Shown piece after piece: positions 63,403 through 64,000 of a stretch of 64,000 bases of DNA; positions within the stretch are counted from its first letter, which is position 1, and each line of letters begins with the position of its first letter. Below the pieces are notes generated by a model. It saw only the letters and a list, made by a program, of their open reading frames with translations. It was not told the origin of the DNA and searched no databases. The position numbers were made by a program, and so were the translations under genes. The stretch is from Hydrolagus affinis (lineage: Eukaryota): positions 1-64,000 of the forward strand of contig JAAILG010000141.1 in the NCBI GenBank assembly GCA_012026655.1. Direction: 5' to 3'.

Positions 63403-63610
63403 AGAGAGTGGTGGTTAGCACCATGTCTTTTAATCTCTGGGGCTTAATTCAAACCCAGCCCAGACAATGAACGTCTGGGATGAAAGTCTCTTCTCTCTAA
63501 TGGCTCTCAGGGTTCTAAGTGAAATAAATTTTGTAAGTCTCCAATGTAGTTCCCAGTGGATACAAATGTACAATGCCAAAGTATACACAATGCACTAGTG
63601 TTTTGCATTA
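63403..63610 (+). mobile_element. AmnSINE2-like relic
   Basis: gtggttagcac...ttcaaacccagcccagac...gggatgaaagtctcttctctct...gtgaaataaattttg...gtctcc...agttcccagtgga is collinear with the remembered AmnSINE2 consensus. Confidence 0.55.
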
Positions 63611-63696
63611 ATATGGTTATCTTAGTCAAAGCATATTTAGGAGGACCATTTTACAAAATATGCACATAACTCTGGTCCAGTAGGGTTCTGACCTAT

Positions 63697-64000
63697 TAAT
63701 AATAATAATCCTTGCATTTGATATAGCGCTGTTCACATTTTATCGACGTCTCAAAGCGCTTCACAGAATATACTATGAAGTGAATTGACTGTATATTTAT
63801 GAGGTGAAATGTGGCAGCCAATTGCGCACAGCAGTGTCCCCACAAACAGCTGTGGATTGAAATGACCAATTTTTATTGCTGTGTTTTTTTTGGATGGATT
63901 ATTATCAGGCGTGTGGAGTGAGGAAACTTGCCCAATGTTTTTCGCCTTGATCTGCCTGGATTCGAACACAGGTCTCACACTTGTAAGGCGAGTGCTCTAA
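63697..64000 (-). mobile_element. tRNA-derived SINE family A (head cut by window end)
   Basis: (ATT)n tail, shared body, B-box (ggattcgaac on +) and ttagagcactcgccttacaag on the minus strand. Confidence 0.9.

Noticed and set aside
1-64000. Prokaryotic-type system (operon, CRISPR array, defence locus) or small-ORF gene set
   Set aside because: No gene-dense ORFs and no regularly spaced repeat-spacer array. Recurrent motifs are dispersed SINE/LINE tails, and short ORFs show the low-complexity composition of random AT-rich DNA.

Overview
This is AT-rich, essentially non-coding vertebrate nuclear DNA, not prokaryotic. I recognise no host protein-coding exon, rRNA, true tRNA, known miRNA or CRISPR array. 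The window reads like a large intron or gene desert. The repeat inventory points to a cartilaginous fish, most likely a chimaera/elephant-shark-type holocephalan (inference from family resemblance, no search run). That inventory comprises tRNA-headed SINEs with L2-type 3' tails, Deu-domain (SacSINE1/AmnSINE1-like) SINEs, LF-SINE-like and AmnSINE2-like relics, CR1, L2 and RTE fragments, and a Penelope-type palindromic element. The ORFs in the track that look protein-like are decayed LINE ORF2 pieces; the rest look like chance ORFs. I found no evidence of a new multi-gene system. The best-supported oddities are: (1) an L2 inserted into the A-box of a mini-SINE with a recoverable 6-bp TSD; (2) a 22-bp templated insertion copied from 736 bp away; (3) three L2-type tail classes sharing a stem but differing in loop; (4) a TSD-flanked ~200-bp palindrome with hammerhead-like remnants; (5) a strand-asymmetric ~78-nt hairpin; (6) a strong CTCF-like site and two muscle/cardiac-type motif clusters; (7) a few candidate cryptic exons. 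Repeat boundaries are approximate and read by eye; family names come from remembered consensus sequences and need RepeatMasker/Dfam confirmation.
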